From Spirochaetia bacterium (lineage in GTDB: Bacteria > Spirochaetota > Spirochaetia > DSM-2461): DNA of 64,000 bases. The notes under the pieces are model-generated. The model ran no database searches, was not told the DNA's origin, and saw only the letters and a list, made by a program, of their open reading frames with translations. The position numbers and the translations under genes are program-made. Below, piece after piece: positions 42,880 through 51,753 of the stretch; position 1 is the first letter of the stretch, and each line of letters begins with the position of its first letter. The stretch is from NCBI GenBank assembly GCA_963668315.1, contig OY764216.1, positions 864,001 to 928,000 on the forward strand, read 5' to 3'.

Positions 42880-45189
42880 TTACTTCCTCTCTGATATCAT
42901 TCCCTTTTTTATCCTGATCCGGCGAGCGATACTCTCCTTAAGGCTCAGGATAGTGGGAAGATAAATCAGGCAGCCAATGGTCGTGTTGAACAGGGCAATG
43001 CTGATAAGAACGCCGAAGTAGCCGATGGGGCGGAAGGTGGAGAAGATCAGCAGGATAAGCCCCGCCATGATGGAGAGGCTCGTCAGAAAAATCGGTCTTC
43101 CCGTCAAAACCATGGTCCGGTGCAGGTTGCCGTCGTGCTTGTAGTGCAGGAGAAAGTGGATCGAGTCGTCCACGCCTATTCCTATGGAAACGCAGGAGAC
43201 CATGATCGTGGTCAGGTCCAGGGGAATGTTGAACAGTACCATGAGAACGAAATTCAAAAGGACTCCGGCGAACATGGGCACCAGTGAGAAAAATCCGTAC
43301 AGCAAGGATCTGAACGTATAGCTGGCCACGATAAAAATCAGGATAAAAGCCGTGAAGGTGGACAGGGCCAGATCCTTGGTCAGCTGATTGTAAAGGTCCT
43401 GGAAGAACATCCGGGGGCCCATGATGCGGTAGGTGACGCCTTCGGGGGTATATTCGTCCAGAACCGTTTCAATCTGCCCCAGAAGCTGGGGAACCCGGTC
43501 CTCGCCCATGGCCATTCCCGTTTCATGGTTGTAATAGCGGAACGTGATATTGAACCGCGTGTAATTCTCATCCACAAAGGAGTTGATCAGGTCGGCCGAT
43601 TCGGCGTCCCTCTGCCTGTAGGCGTTAAGGGCGCGGGAGAGGAAGAGAATCGGTCCCTTCGAGGAGGGAAAATCGGTGGTGCCCCGAGTTACCCGCTGGG
43701 CTTCCCGGACGAAGGTGTTGAAGGAGCGGGTACTGGAGATATCGCCCAGCTCGTTGAGTTTCAACTCTGCGTTATTGAGGGCTTCCAGGATGTCCCTGTC
43801 CAGAAAGGCGTTCTCCCTGTCCGATTCGAATACCACGACCAGCTCGCTGAAACCCTTCATCTTCTCCACAAGGTGATTCAGGTCCTTGATAACCACATCC
43901 TCCTGGGGAAAATAGGTGGCGTAGTCCGTGTTAACCTTCAGTTTGGGGTAGGAGATGACAAAGAGCACGGGAATGAGAAAGAACGTGAAAAGGATGATGA
44001 AACGGTGCTTTATGATGCGTCCCGTGAGGAATTTGATAATTCTGGTGATGATGCCTTCCTTGATTCCCGCCGTCTGATGAATCTGGGGATTTTTCATCAG
44101 GGAGAGGGCGCAGGGGAGCACCGTCATGGAAAGGAGGCTGCAGGAGAGGATCCCGAAGCTGGAGGCCAGGGCAAATTCCCTGAGCTGGGTAAGGGAGGTG
44201 ACCAGCAAGCTCAGAAAGCCGACGACCGTGGTAAGGGAGGCCAGGATGATCGTGGAGCTGACCGACGATACGGCGCCGGAGATCCACAGCTTATCATCGG
44301 TATCTACCGGGGCAAGGCGGAAGTAGCTGTTCAGGATATGGATGGTATAGGAACTTCCCAGGGTCAGAACCAGGGGGGGCACGACGATGCTGACTATCGA
44401 GATGGCGAATCCCAGGAGGGACATCAGGCCTATGGTCCACACCGTGCCGCAGATGATCACAACCACGGGGAGAAAAATCGACCTCTTGGAGCTGAATCCG
44501 AAGTAGTACACCACGAGAATCAGGATGATGCCCAGGGAGAGGAAGATCGATATATCCCGGGCCAGGTATTTTCCCGCCGACACTTCAAAGGGGGGATTTC
44601 CCGAGATGTAGACCGTGCTCATGGACTGGAGCGGTTCGAGGCAAGCCCTTATCTCCGTCATAAAGGCGGTGAAGTCGTTTACCTCGGCATATTCCAGCAG
44701 AATGAGGAACATGGTCCCGTCGCTGCTGATGAAGAGACCGTTCGTCAGAGCTCCCGAGGTGATCCTCTCCTTGAAGAGGCGCAGTTCCTCTTCGTCGGCC
44801 GGGGCCTTTCCCGAGTCGGTGGTATTGACGATATTGAAGAAGGCACCCTTTTTCTCAAAGGCGGCCTGGGTAAAGGGGGAGACAAGAGAGTCCACGCCCT
44901 CCACCCGAAGAAGGTTCCCGATCGATGTATCCAGGGTCTGCAGAAAGTTCAGCTCAAAGAGATTATCCCGCTCTATGCCCAGCACAAGATACTCGTTCTG
45001 GGGGATTCCCATTTCTATGAATTCCTCGACCAGGGCGTCCCTGTTGGGAAGAAGGCTGTCCGCATCGGCCCGGATCTGCACATGTACGGCATGCCAGCCC
45101 ATGAAAAGGGTAAAGAGGAGAGTCAGGGAAAGTACGACAAAACGGTGTTTTATAAGAATCGTTATTAATTTTTCAATTTTATTAATCAT
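42880..45189 (-). CDS. MMPL/RND-family transporter
   Basis: Two repeats of TM, large loop and 5 TM. Motifs LGSSYTIH, ASLTTVVGFLSL and IGIGVDDSIH. Confidence 0.85.
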   Translation of the reverse strand: MINKIEKLITILIKHRFVVLSLTLLFTLFMGWHAVHVQIRADADSLLPNRDALVEEFIEMGIPQNEYLVLGIERDNLFELNFLQTLDTSIGNLLRVEGVDSLVSPFTQAAFEKKGAFFNIVNTTDSGKAPADEEELRLFKERITSGALTNGLFISSDGTMFLILLEYAEVNDFTAFMTEIRACLEPLQSMSTVYISGNPPFEVSAGKYLARDISIFLSLGIILILVVYYFGFSSKRSIFLPVVVIICGTVWTIGLMSLLGFAISIVSIVVPPLVLTLGSSYTIHILNSYFRLAPVDTDDKLWISGAVSSVSSTIILASLTTVVGFLSLLVTSLTQLREFALASSFGILSCSLLSMTVLPCALSLMKNPQIHQTAGIKEGIITRIIKFLTGRIIKHRFIILFTFFLIPVLFVISYPKLKVNTDYATYFPQEDVVIKDLNHLVEKMKGFSELVVVFESDRENAFLDRDILEALNNAELKLNELGDISSTRSFNTFVREAQRVTRGTTDFPSSKGPILFLSRALNAYRQRDAESADLINSFVDENYTRFNITFRYYNHETGMAMGEDRVPQLLGQIETVLDEYTPEGVTYRIMGPRMFFQDLYNQLTKDLALSTFTAFILIFIVASYTFRSLLYGFFSLVPMFAGVLLNFVLMVLFNIPLDLTTIMVSCVSIGIGVDDSIHFLLHYKHDGNLHRTMVLTGRPIFLTSLSIMAGLILLIFSTFRPIGYFGVLISIALFNTTIGCLIYLPTILSLKESIARRIRIKKGMISERK

Positions 45190-45353
45190 GAATAGAGGTC
45201 TCCGTCTCTATTCTTCGAATAGAAATTTTATCAGACATTGTGCTGCTATGATAATACAAAAAAATATTAAATACAATTCTACGGGCCCCGCCTTTCTTCA
45301 AGAGGGAGAGAACCTGCCGCCGCCGGTTTTTACGCCCGGGCTTCCTTCCGGGA

Positions 45354-46151
45354 CTACTTGTTTATCTCTTCCATGATGGTTGGGTAGAGGGACTTTGCGC
45401 AGCTGTCGCAGAGTCCGTGGCTGATTTCCGTGTTGGAGTGATTCCGGATGTACTCTTCCAGACCGATCCAGCTGCCGTCCTTTTCTCTGACCCTTTTGCA
45501 GGAGGCGCAGACAGGAAGATAACCGCTGAGGGTTTTCACTTCGCTCAGGGCTTTCTGCAGCTCCTCTGTCCTGGCAATCAGTCTGTTCCGATAGGTTTCG
45601 CGGTAGAAATCGAAAAGATGGGTGAAAAAACTGATGCTCATATAGGTCGTGAGGAATCGGATCATCGTTCCTGTTGAATAGGAGTAAATGAAGGGGAAGT
45701 CTGCAGGGTTAACGAAGAGGACAAGGAAGAAGAGCAGGACCAGTATATTCCAGATCCCTCCCTCCCTGCGGCCCAGGACAAAGTAGACGGCCAGGGGGTA
45801 GATATGCATCCACTGCATCTTGGAACCCGATTCTCCCCCTGTGGCGAACAAGTAAAGGAGGAGTATTCCGAAAAGTAAGGCGTTGACGCGAAAGAGGATT
45901 TTCAGATATTCCGTTTTGTCCAGCAGAGCCAGGCTTACGATCAGGGAAAGACAGAAAGGAAGATTGAATCCCGCCTGCCGGAACTGGCCCGAGACGATAA
46001 TGTCTCCTGCGCCGAACAGGATTAAAAGAGGGATACCGGACAGGGCCAGTATGACAAAATGCTGTTTGTTGATGTCATTGGTGGAGCTCAGATGCTCATG
46101 GAAAAATTTTTTAATACTTGTAATCATTTTTTTTAAATTCCGTCGGGACAT
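45354..46151 (-). CDS. Multi-TM membrane protein with coiled coil and C-terminal Cys motif (CxxCK...SHGxCxxC)
   Basis: Five to six hydrophobic helices, then ELQKALSEVKTLSGYLPVCASCKRVR...ISHGLCDSC. Confidence 0.7.
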   Translation of the reverse strand: MSRRNLKKMITSIKKFFHEHLSSTNDINKQHFVILALSGIPLLILFGAGDIIVSGQFRQAGFNLPFCLSLIVSLALLDKTEYLKILFRVNALLFGILLLYLFATGGESGSKMQWMHIYPLAVYFVLGRREGGIWNILVLLFFLVLFVNPADFPFIYSYSTGTMIRFLTTYMSISFFTHLFDFYRETYRNRLIARTEELQKALSEVKTLSGYLPVCASCKRVREKDGSWIGLEEYIRNHSNTEISHGLCDSCAKSLYPTIMEEINK

Positions 46152-46257
46152 TGAGTCCTTACAAAGAAGTATAACCCGATATAACCGTGAAAGCCAGAGT
46201 GAATATTCCGTTTCAGTTCTTTTTGTGGAATGGGGAAAATTGTATTATACTGAGAAC

Positions 46258-47163
46258 ATGAAGGCGGAAATTTACTACTTTTCCTCGACGGGCAATACTC
46301 TTCTTCTGGCCAGGGACGGGGCGGAGCGGCTGGGGGGAAGGCTCATCCCCATACCTTCATTCAAGTCCCATAGTTTTGTAAACAGCAGCGCCGATATCGT
46401 CGGCTTCTATTTCCCCGTGTATTATGCTTCCTATAACGAGCAGGGGATGCCCTATTTTGTCAGGGACTTCATCAAATCCTTCCACGGGCTTAAGAAGAAA
46501 TATGTCTTTGCCGTATGCACGCACAGCGGAAGTCCCGGGTTCACTCTGAAAAACCTTGATAACCTGCTCAAGAGCCAGGGGGCCCGTCTCTCGGCGGGGC
46601 TGAATGTGAAAATGGGGACTCCCTACCCTCTGGGCAGCCGGCTGGGGTACCGCTTTTTACAAACCCCCCTGGTTTTTTCGGAACAGCAGGAAAACGCCCG
46701 GCGATGGGAACTCCTGAGGCGTTACCGGGAAAGGGTCGCCGCAAAGCATTTTTTTGAGAAAATAGGACGTCTGGAAAAATGCCGGCTCCCCTATGAAAGC
46801 CCCGCGGCGGCTCTGGCCCGGGAAGGGGTCTTGAAACTGCGCCGGAAAGCCGCCCTGAAAAGATACCGTCTGCTCTCCCATTTCGGCGGGGATGACTTCA
46901 AGGAGATGACCCGCTTCTCTGACAGAAGCTTTACCGTCTCCGGCGATTGCACGGGATGCGGCCTCTGCGCCCAGATATGCCCGGTGGGGAATATCGAAAT
47001 GAAAGGGGGAAGGCCGGAGTGGCGCCATCAGTGCGAAAACTGTTTCGCCTGCTTTCAGTGGTGTCCCGTTAAGGCCATAGGCGGGGAAAATGTCGCTTTT
47101 GAGAAGCGGTATCACCAGCCGTCGGTTGATTTGAAGGATATACTTCTGGACGATTCGGTTTAG
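46258..47163 (+). CDS. EFR1-type flavodoxin plus 2[4Fe-4S] ferredoxin protein
   Basis: YYFSSTGNT, GFYFPVY, CTGCGLCAQICP and CENCFACFQWCP. TTGTGG-17-TATACT lies 6 nt before the ATG. Confidence 0.88.
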   Translation: MKAEIYYFSSTGNTLLLARDGAERLGGRLIPIPSFKSHSFVNSSADIVGFYFPVYYASYNEQGMPYFVRDFIKSFHGLKKKYVFAVCTHSGSPGFTLKNLDNLLKSQGARLSAGLNVKMGTPYPLGSRLGYRFLQTPLVFSEQQENARRWELLRRYRERVAAKHFFEKIGRLEKCRLPYESPAAALAREGVLKLRRKAALKRYRLLSHFGGDDFKEMTRFSDRSFTVSGDCTGCGLCAQICPVGNIEMKGGRPEWRHQCENCFACFQWCPVKAIGGENVAFEKRYHQPSVDLKDILLDDSV

Positions 47164-47245
47164 CCCTGTGATAGACCGGGAGAACTCGACGTACGGAAGG
47201 AAAAGAGGATAGAATTATGCCATTGATGAGGACAGGAGAGAGATC

Positions 47246-47842
47246 ATGACGGAGAAGGCCTACCGCCTGTTGCCCGAGCAGTTTTATTTGAATGATGCGG
47301 ATACCCTGGCCCGGGAACTTCTGGGAAAGATTTTAAAGCGGACTTTTCCCGACGGATCGGTGGTTTCCGGCAGAATCTGCGAGACCGAAGCCTACAGCCA
47401 GGATGACCCGGCCTCCCACTCCTACGGGGGTATTACCGAGAGGAACCAGTCCATGTTCGGTCCGGGAGGCAGGGCTTACGTCTATGTGAGCTACGGGATA
47501 CACTGCTGTGTGAACTGTGTCGCCGGACCGGAAGGGGAGGGAAGCGCCGTCCTTATTCGCGGATTGTTTCCCCTGATCGGCCGGGAAAAGATGATTGCCC
47601 TGCGGGGCAGCGAGTGCTGGCCGGAGGAGAGGATCAAGCGGAGCCTTCTGAACGGTCCCGGCAAGATCGGCCAGGCCTTCGATCTGGATCTCTCCCTGAA
47701 CGGCCACTCCTTCTCCGAGGCGCCCCTGCAGATTCTGGATGACGGATGCGTCGTTTCCGAAGAGGAGCTGGGAATTACCCCGCGCATCGGCATAACCAAG
47801 GGAGCGGACCTTCTGAGGAGATATGTATGGGAGAGGAGATAG
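47246..47842 (+). CDS. mpg: 3-methyladenine DNA glycosylase (AAG/MPG family)
   Basis: LARELLGK, ICETEAY, DPASHS, YVYVSYGIH, AVLIRG, NGPGK and PRIGI. Confidence 0.93.
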   Translation: MTEKAYRLLPEQFYLNDADTLARELLGKILKRTFPDGSVVSGRICETEAYSQDDPASHSYGGITERNQSMFGPGGRAYVYVSYGIHCCVNCVAGPEGEGSAVLIRGLFPLIGREKMIALRGSECWPEERIKRSLLNGPGKIGQAFDLDLSLNGHSFSEAPLQILDDGCVVSEEELGITPRIGITKGADLLRRYVWERR

Positions 47843-48564
47843 GATCAAGCCTGGAGGGATTGACCGTTCTGGTGACGGGAGCTTCCCGGGGCATAGGAAG
47901 GGCCGTGGTCCTGATGCTGGCCCGGGAGGGGGCGCGCCTGATTCTGACCAGCCGGCCCGGTTCCCGGCTGGATGAGGCCGCCGCCGAAGCCCGGGCCCTG
48001 GGGGCGGATGTGACCGTGCTGCCCGCCGATTTTGCCGATATGGATAGCGTTTTCGCCCTGGCCGGTGAGGTGAAGGAGACCTTCGCCGCTCTGGATGTGC
48101 TCGTTAATAACGCCGGGCAGGCCCTGTCCGCCCCGATCGGGGAAACGGAAGTGGCCGACTGGGACCGGATTATGACGGTGAACGCCAAGGCTCCCTATTT
48201 TTTAACCCGGGAACTGCTCCCCCTTCTGGAGAAATCTTCGAAGAAGACGGTTGTGAATATCGCGTCGGTGGTGGGCCACGAGGGGTATCCCCTCCAGTCG
48301 GCCTACACGGCGAGCAAGCACGCCCTGACCGGGTTCAGCAAGTCCCTGGCCCGGGAGTTGCAGGACCGGGGCTACCGGATACACGTGCTCAGTCCCGGAG
48401 GCGTGGCGACCGAGATGGTGACCGGCGTGCGCCCCGATATCGATACCTCCGAGCTGATCCGGCCGGAGGAGATTGCCGAGTGGGTTCTCTTTCTCCTGAC
48501 CCGCAAGGGGAAGGGCATGGTGGACCATGTGAACATTCGCAGGGAGAGCCGCCAGCCCTGGTAG
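47827..48564 (+). CDS. Short-chain dehydrogenase/reductase
   Basis: VTGASRGIG, LVNNAG and catalytic YTASKHA. SD GAGGAG before ATG 47827, overlapping the mpg end. Confidence 0.92.
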   Translation: MGEEIGSSLEGLTVLVTGASRGIGRAVVLMLAREGARLILTSRPGSRLDEAAAEARALGADVTVLPADFADMDSVFALAGEVKETFAALDVLVNNAGQALSAPIGETEVADWDRIMTVNAKAPYFLTRELLPLLEKSSKKTVVNIASVVGHEGYPLQSAYTASKHALTGFSKSLARELQDRGYRIHVLSPGGVATEMVTGVRPDIDTSELIRPEEIAEWVLFLLTRKGKGMVDHVNIRRESRQPW

Positions 48565-48575
48565 GCCGCGGGAGG

Positions 48576-48664
48576 GATTGGAGGGGTGCCGCAGGCAGAC
48601 CCCGCAGGGCGGAGCCCGAGGAGGCCGTCAGCCCCGCAAAGCCCGGCCCCGGAGGGGCCCGCCC
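48576..48664 (+). other. GC-rich structured intergenic element, Flavo-1-motif-like, with several C-GNA-G triloop hairpins
   Basis: GATTGGA-GGGG...CCCC-GCAAAGCCCG frame. Hairpins TGCC-GCA-GGCA, CCC-GCA-GGG, GGGC-GGA-GCCC and GCCCC-GGA-GGGGC. Confidence 0.5.
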
Positions 48665-48685
48665 GGGTTTTAAACCGGCATGGGG

Positions 48686-49216
48686 CTACTGTTTTGCATA
48701 GAGGGAGAGAGGGTTTGATCGGATGCCTTTTCGGGAGATTTTTATCTTGGCAAGGGGGAGGGCGGTTTCTTCCGTTCCGGCGGTCAGGCAAATCAGTTTT
48801 TCCCCTTTTGAGGATGTGAAGAGGAAGCGCTCTCCTTCGGCGATCGATATTGTCTTTTGGCCGTCAATGGCCTCTTCTAGTGAGGCGAAAAGGGATAGTT
48901 TCCTTATGGCATAGGGGTAAAGGTCTTCTTCTATTCTGTTTTCGAGAGGCAAACGGCCGAATCTCATTCTCTGAATTTTCATATAATCCGTGATGAATCG
49001 AAGCTCTTCGCCAACACTGACAAAGGGACGTCCGTCGTTTACATAGTAGATGACCCGGCTTAGGCCGATCAGCAGCTCCTCGAAGTCTTTATGACCGCCG
49101 CCGGATTTGAGTATCCTCCGGTAGTATCCCTGGATAAATGAAAGACATCCGTTTTCGAAGGAGGACACGGACAGGTCGAGCTTTTTTGCCCTTTTGTCGT
49201 TGACTATTCTTACCAT
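48686..49216 (-). CDS. Small degenerate LytS/YesM-type histidine-kinase-like protein lacking catalytic boxes
   Basis: LSRVIYY...VSVGEELRFITDYMKIQRMRF...IRKLSLFASLEEAIDG aligns by eye with the kinase at 12593-14374. No H-box His and no G boxes. Confidence 0.6.
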   Translation of the reverse strand: MVRIVNDKRAKKLDLSVSSFENGCLSFIQGYYRRILKSGGGHKDFEELLIGLSRVIYYVNDGRPFVSVGEELRFITDYMKIQRMRFGRLPLENRIEEDLYPYAIRKLSLFASLEEAIDGQKTISIAEGERFLFTSSKGEKLICLTAGTEETALPLAKIKISRKGIRSNPLSLYAKQ

Positions 49217-49287
49217 ATAAAGAAATTATCCGGCTGATTCCTGAGTTTGTCATTGAGGATAATGCCATCGGTTATTATAATAAGGAC

Positions 49288-50190
49288 ATGAAAGCGGATA
49301 TTTCCCCGGCGAAGAAGTACTATAGGCATGACTTTTTTATCAATAGGGAGCTTCCTCTGAGCATCCTGCATATGGACAGGACCATCGAGTATCCCCTTCA
49401 TTCCCATGAATTTTGCGAGCTGGTTTTGATATATTCGGGCGTTGGAACCCATTTCTGCGACGAAAAGGTTTCTGAGGTTCGGCCGGGAGATGTTCTGTTT
49501 ATTCCGATTGGAAAGGAGCACTCCTACTCGAATATAGACAGCCTGTCCTATGTGAACATTGTTTTTGATGAGAGTCTGGTTGAACGGGACCTATTATGTA
49601 CGGATGTTTTCCTGCATATTCATCTGTCCGAATTTGAAATGTCCGGCCTCCTTGATATGGTTAAGCGGATGGACAAGGAGATTTACAGGAAAATGCCCCG
49701 GTTTGATCTATACTGCCGGTCTTTGTTTACAATCTTTTTAATCGGCATAAACAGGGCGGTCGGCCAATCCGTACAACCCGGGGATACCGATGCCGGCTCA
49801 AGGGTAAAAAACGTCACCCGTATCGTCACGGATAATTTGTCAAATGGCTATACTTTGATAAAACTGGCGGAAATGGCCCATATGAGCCCTAGGCATTTTT
49901 CCCGGGTTTTCAGAAATTTGTACGGAACAACCGTCTTCCACTACATTAATCAATCCAGGATAAAGGAGTCTCTTGAACTATTGGCGGGAACGGAGATGAC
50001 CGTGACGCAGATCGCTTTTCTTGTCGGCTTTGACGATTCCAGCTACTATTCGGTCATGTTCAGAAAGATCATGGGCATGTCTCCCTCCGAGTTCAGGAGT
50101 AAGGGCGGCGACCCGCCCGAGGACTGGAAAAAAAACCGGCAATATTCTATAATTCATAACTCGCAAGAAATCAATTTAACCAAGAATTAA
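49288..50190 (+). CDS. AraC family regulator (RhaR/RhaS-like cupin plus HTH)
   Basis: PLHSHEFCELV, HMSPRHFSRVFR and VGFDDSSYYSVMFRK. TTGAGG-17-TATAAT lies 6 nt before the ATG. Confidence 0.9.
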   Translation: MKADISPAKKYYRHDFFINRELPLSILHMDRTIEYPLHSHEFCELVLIYSGVGTHFCDEKVSEVRPGDVLFIPIGKEHSYSNIDSLSYVNIVFDESLVERDLLCTDVFLHIHLSEFEMSGLLDMVKRMDKEIYRKMPRFDLYCRSLFTIFLIGINRAVGQSVQPGDTDAGSRVKNVTRIVTDNLSNGYTLIKLAEMAHMSPRHFSRVFRNLYGTTVFHYINQSRIKESLELLAGTEMTVTQIAFLVGFDDSSYYSVMFRKIMGMSPSEFRSKGGDPPEDWKKNRQYSIIHNSQEINLTKN

Positions 50191-50199
50191 GAGGTTACC

Positions 50200-51693
50200 A
50201 TGGCTAAGAAAGAGAAAACGGCAATCACCCCCACCAGGGCGGAAGACTATCCCGAGTGGTATCAGCAGGTCGTCAGGGCGGCCGATATGGCGGAGCCTTC
50301 CGCTGTCAGAGGGTGTATGGTCATTAAGCCATGGGGCTATGCCATATGGGAGAACATCCAGAAGAACCTGGACCGCATGTTCAAGGAAACGGGCCACGTG
50401 AACGCCTACTTTCCCCTTTTCATTCCCAAGAGTTTCCTGGAGAAGGAAGCGGAGCATGTGGAGGGATTCGCCAAGGAGTGCGCCGTCGTTACCCATCACC
50501 GGCTGGAAGAGGGACCCGACGGCGGTCTGATTCCCGCGGGCGAACTGGACGAGCCCCTTATCGTGCGGCCCACGTCTGAGACCATTATCGGTGCCACCTT
50601 CGCCAAATGGGTGCAGTCCTACCGGGATTTGCCCCTGCTGATCAACCAGTGGGCCAACGTGGTGCGCTGGGAGATGCGTACACGTCTTTTCCTGCGCACG
50701 TCGGAGTTTTTGTGGCAGGAGGGCCATACGGTTCACGCCACCAGCGAAGAGGCCGTTGAAGAGACGGAGAAGATGCTGAACGTTTACGCCGCCTTCGCCC
50801 GGGATTACATGGCCATGCCCGTACTGACCGGTATGAAGACGGAGAGCGAGAAGTTCCCCGGCGCCGAGAAGACTTACTGCATCGAAGCGATGATGCAGGA
50901 TATGAAGGCCCTGCAGGCCGGTACGAGCCACTTCCTGGGACAGAACTTCTCCAAGGCGTCGGATATCAAATATCTGGACGACAAGGGCGAGCTGCAGTAC
51001 GGCTGGACCACCAGCTGGGGAGTTTCCACCCGTCTGATCGGCGGTCTGATCATGACCCACTCCGACGATAACGGCCTGGTGCTTCCCCCCATGCTGGCGC
51101 CTACCCACATCGTGATTCTGCCCGTGCTGCATAAGGACGGGGATCACGGCGAGGTTCTGGAGTACTGCGAGAAACTGGCTTACGATCTGAAGCATACCTT
51201 CTACGGGGATGAACCGATCCGCGTGGAAGTGGATAAGCGGGACATCCGCGGCGGCGAGAAGAACTGGGGCTGGGTGAAGAAGGGCGTTCCCCTTCGCATC
51301 GAGGTCGGTCCCCGGGATATCGCCGAGAACAAGGTTTTCGGCGCCAGGCGCGATGAGGACGGCAAGTTCTCCCTGGACCGGGACGAGTTCGTGGCCAAGG
51401 CCGCGTCCATTCTGGAAGAGATACAGGCAGGGCTTCTGGCCCGGGCGACCGCTTTGAGAGACGAGAATACCTTTGAAGTCGATTCGGAAGAGGCTTTTTA
51501 CGACTTTTTCAAGAATAAAGCCGGTTTCGTGAAGGCCCACTGGAACGGGGACCCCAAGATCGAAGAGAAGATCAAGGACGACCTGAATGTGACGATCCGG
51601 TGCATTCCCCTGGACGATACGGACGGAGAAGGGGTTTGTATCTTCTCCGGAGAGAAGAGCGCCCAGAAGGTTATCTTCGGTAAATCCTACTAG
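50200..51693 (+). CDS. proS: Proline--tRNA ligase, eukaryote/archaea-like type
   Basis: [53 protein letters not shown] and C-terminal TIRCIP...FGKSY. Confidence 0.97.
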   Translation: MAKKEKTAITPTRAEDYPEWYQQVVRAADMAEPSAVRGCMVIKPWGYAIWENIQKNLDRMFKETGHVNAYFPLFIPKSFLEKEAEHVEGFAKECAVVTHHRLEEGPDGGLIPAGELDEPLIVRPTSETIIGATFAKWVQSYRDLPLLINQWANVVRWEMRTRLFLRTSEFLWQEGHTVHATSEEAVEETEKMLNVYAAFARDYMAMPVLTGMKTESEKFPGAEKTYCIEAMMQDMKALQAGTSHFLGQNFSKASDIKYLDDKGELQYGWTTSWGVSTRLIGGLIMTHSDDNGLVLPPMLAPTHIVILPVLHKDGDHGEVLEYCEKLAYDLKHTFYGDEPIRVEVDKRDIRGGEKNWGWVKKGVPLRIEVGPRDIAENKVFGARRDEDGKFSLDRDEFVAKAASILEEIQAGLLARATALRDENTFEVDSEEAFYDFFKNKAGFVKAHWNGDPKIEEKIKDDLNVTIRCIPLDDTDGEGVCIFSGEKSAQKVIFGKSY

Positions 51694-51717
51694 GCGTCAG
51701 ATTCTCGATTATTGAGG

Positions 51718-51745
51718 AAGGGGCCCCCCGGGGGCCTCTTTTTTT
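51718..51745 (+). terminator. Intrinsic terminator of proS
   Basis: AAGGGGCCC...GGGCCTCTT stem running into T7. Confidence 0.85.
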
Positions 51746-51753
51746 GTTCCCGG

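Noticed and set aside
45883..46257. N-terminal extensions given by the ORF track (EFR1, and likewise cimA, leuD, response regulator, tldD, SDR, lipoprotein 54883)
   Set aside because: They overlap neighbouring genes or promoters. Family-typical N termini and SD or promoter signals point to later starts.
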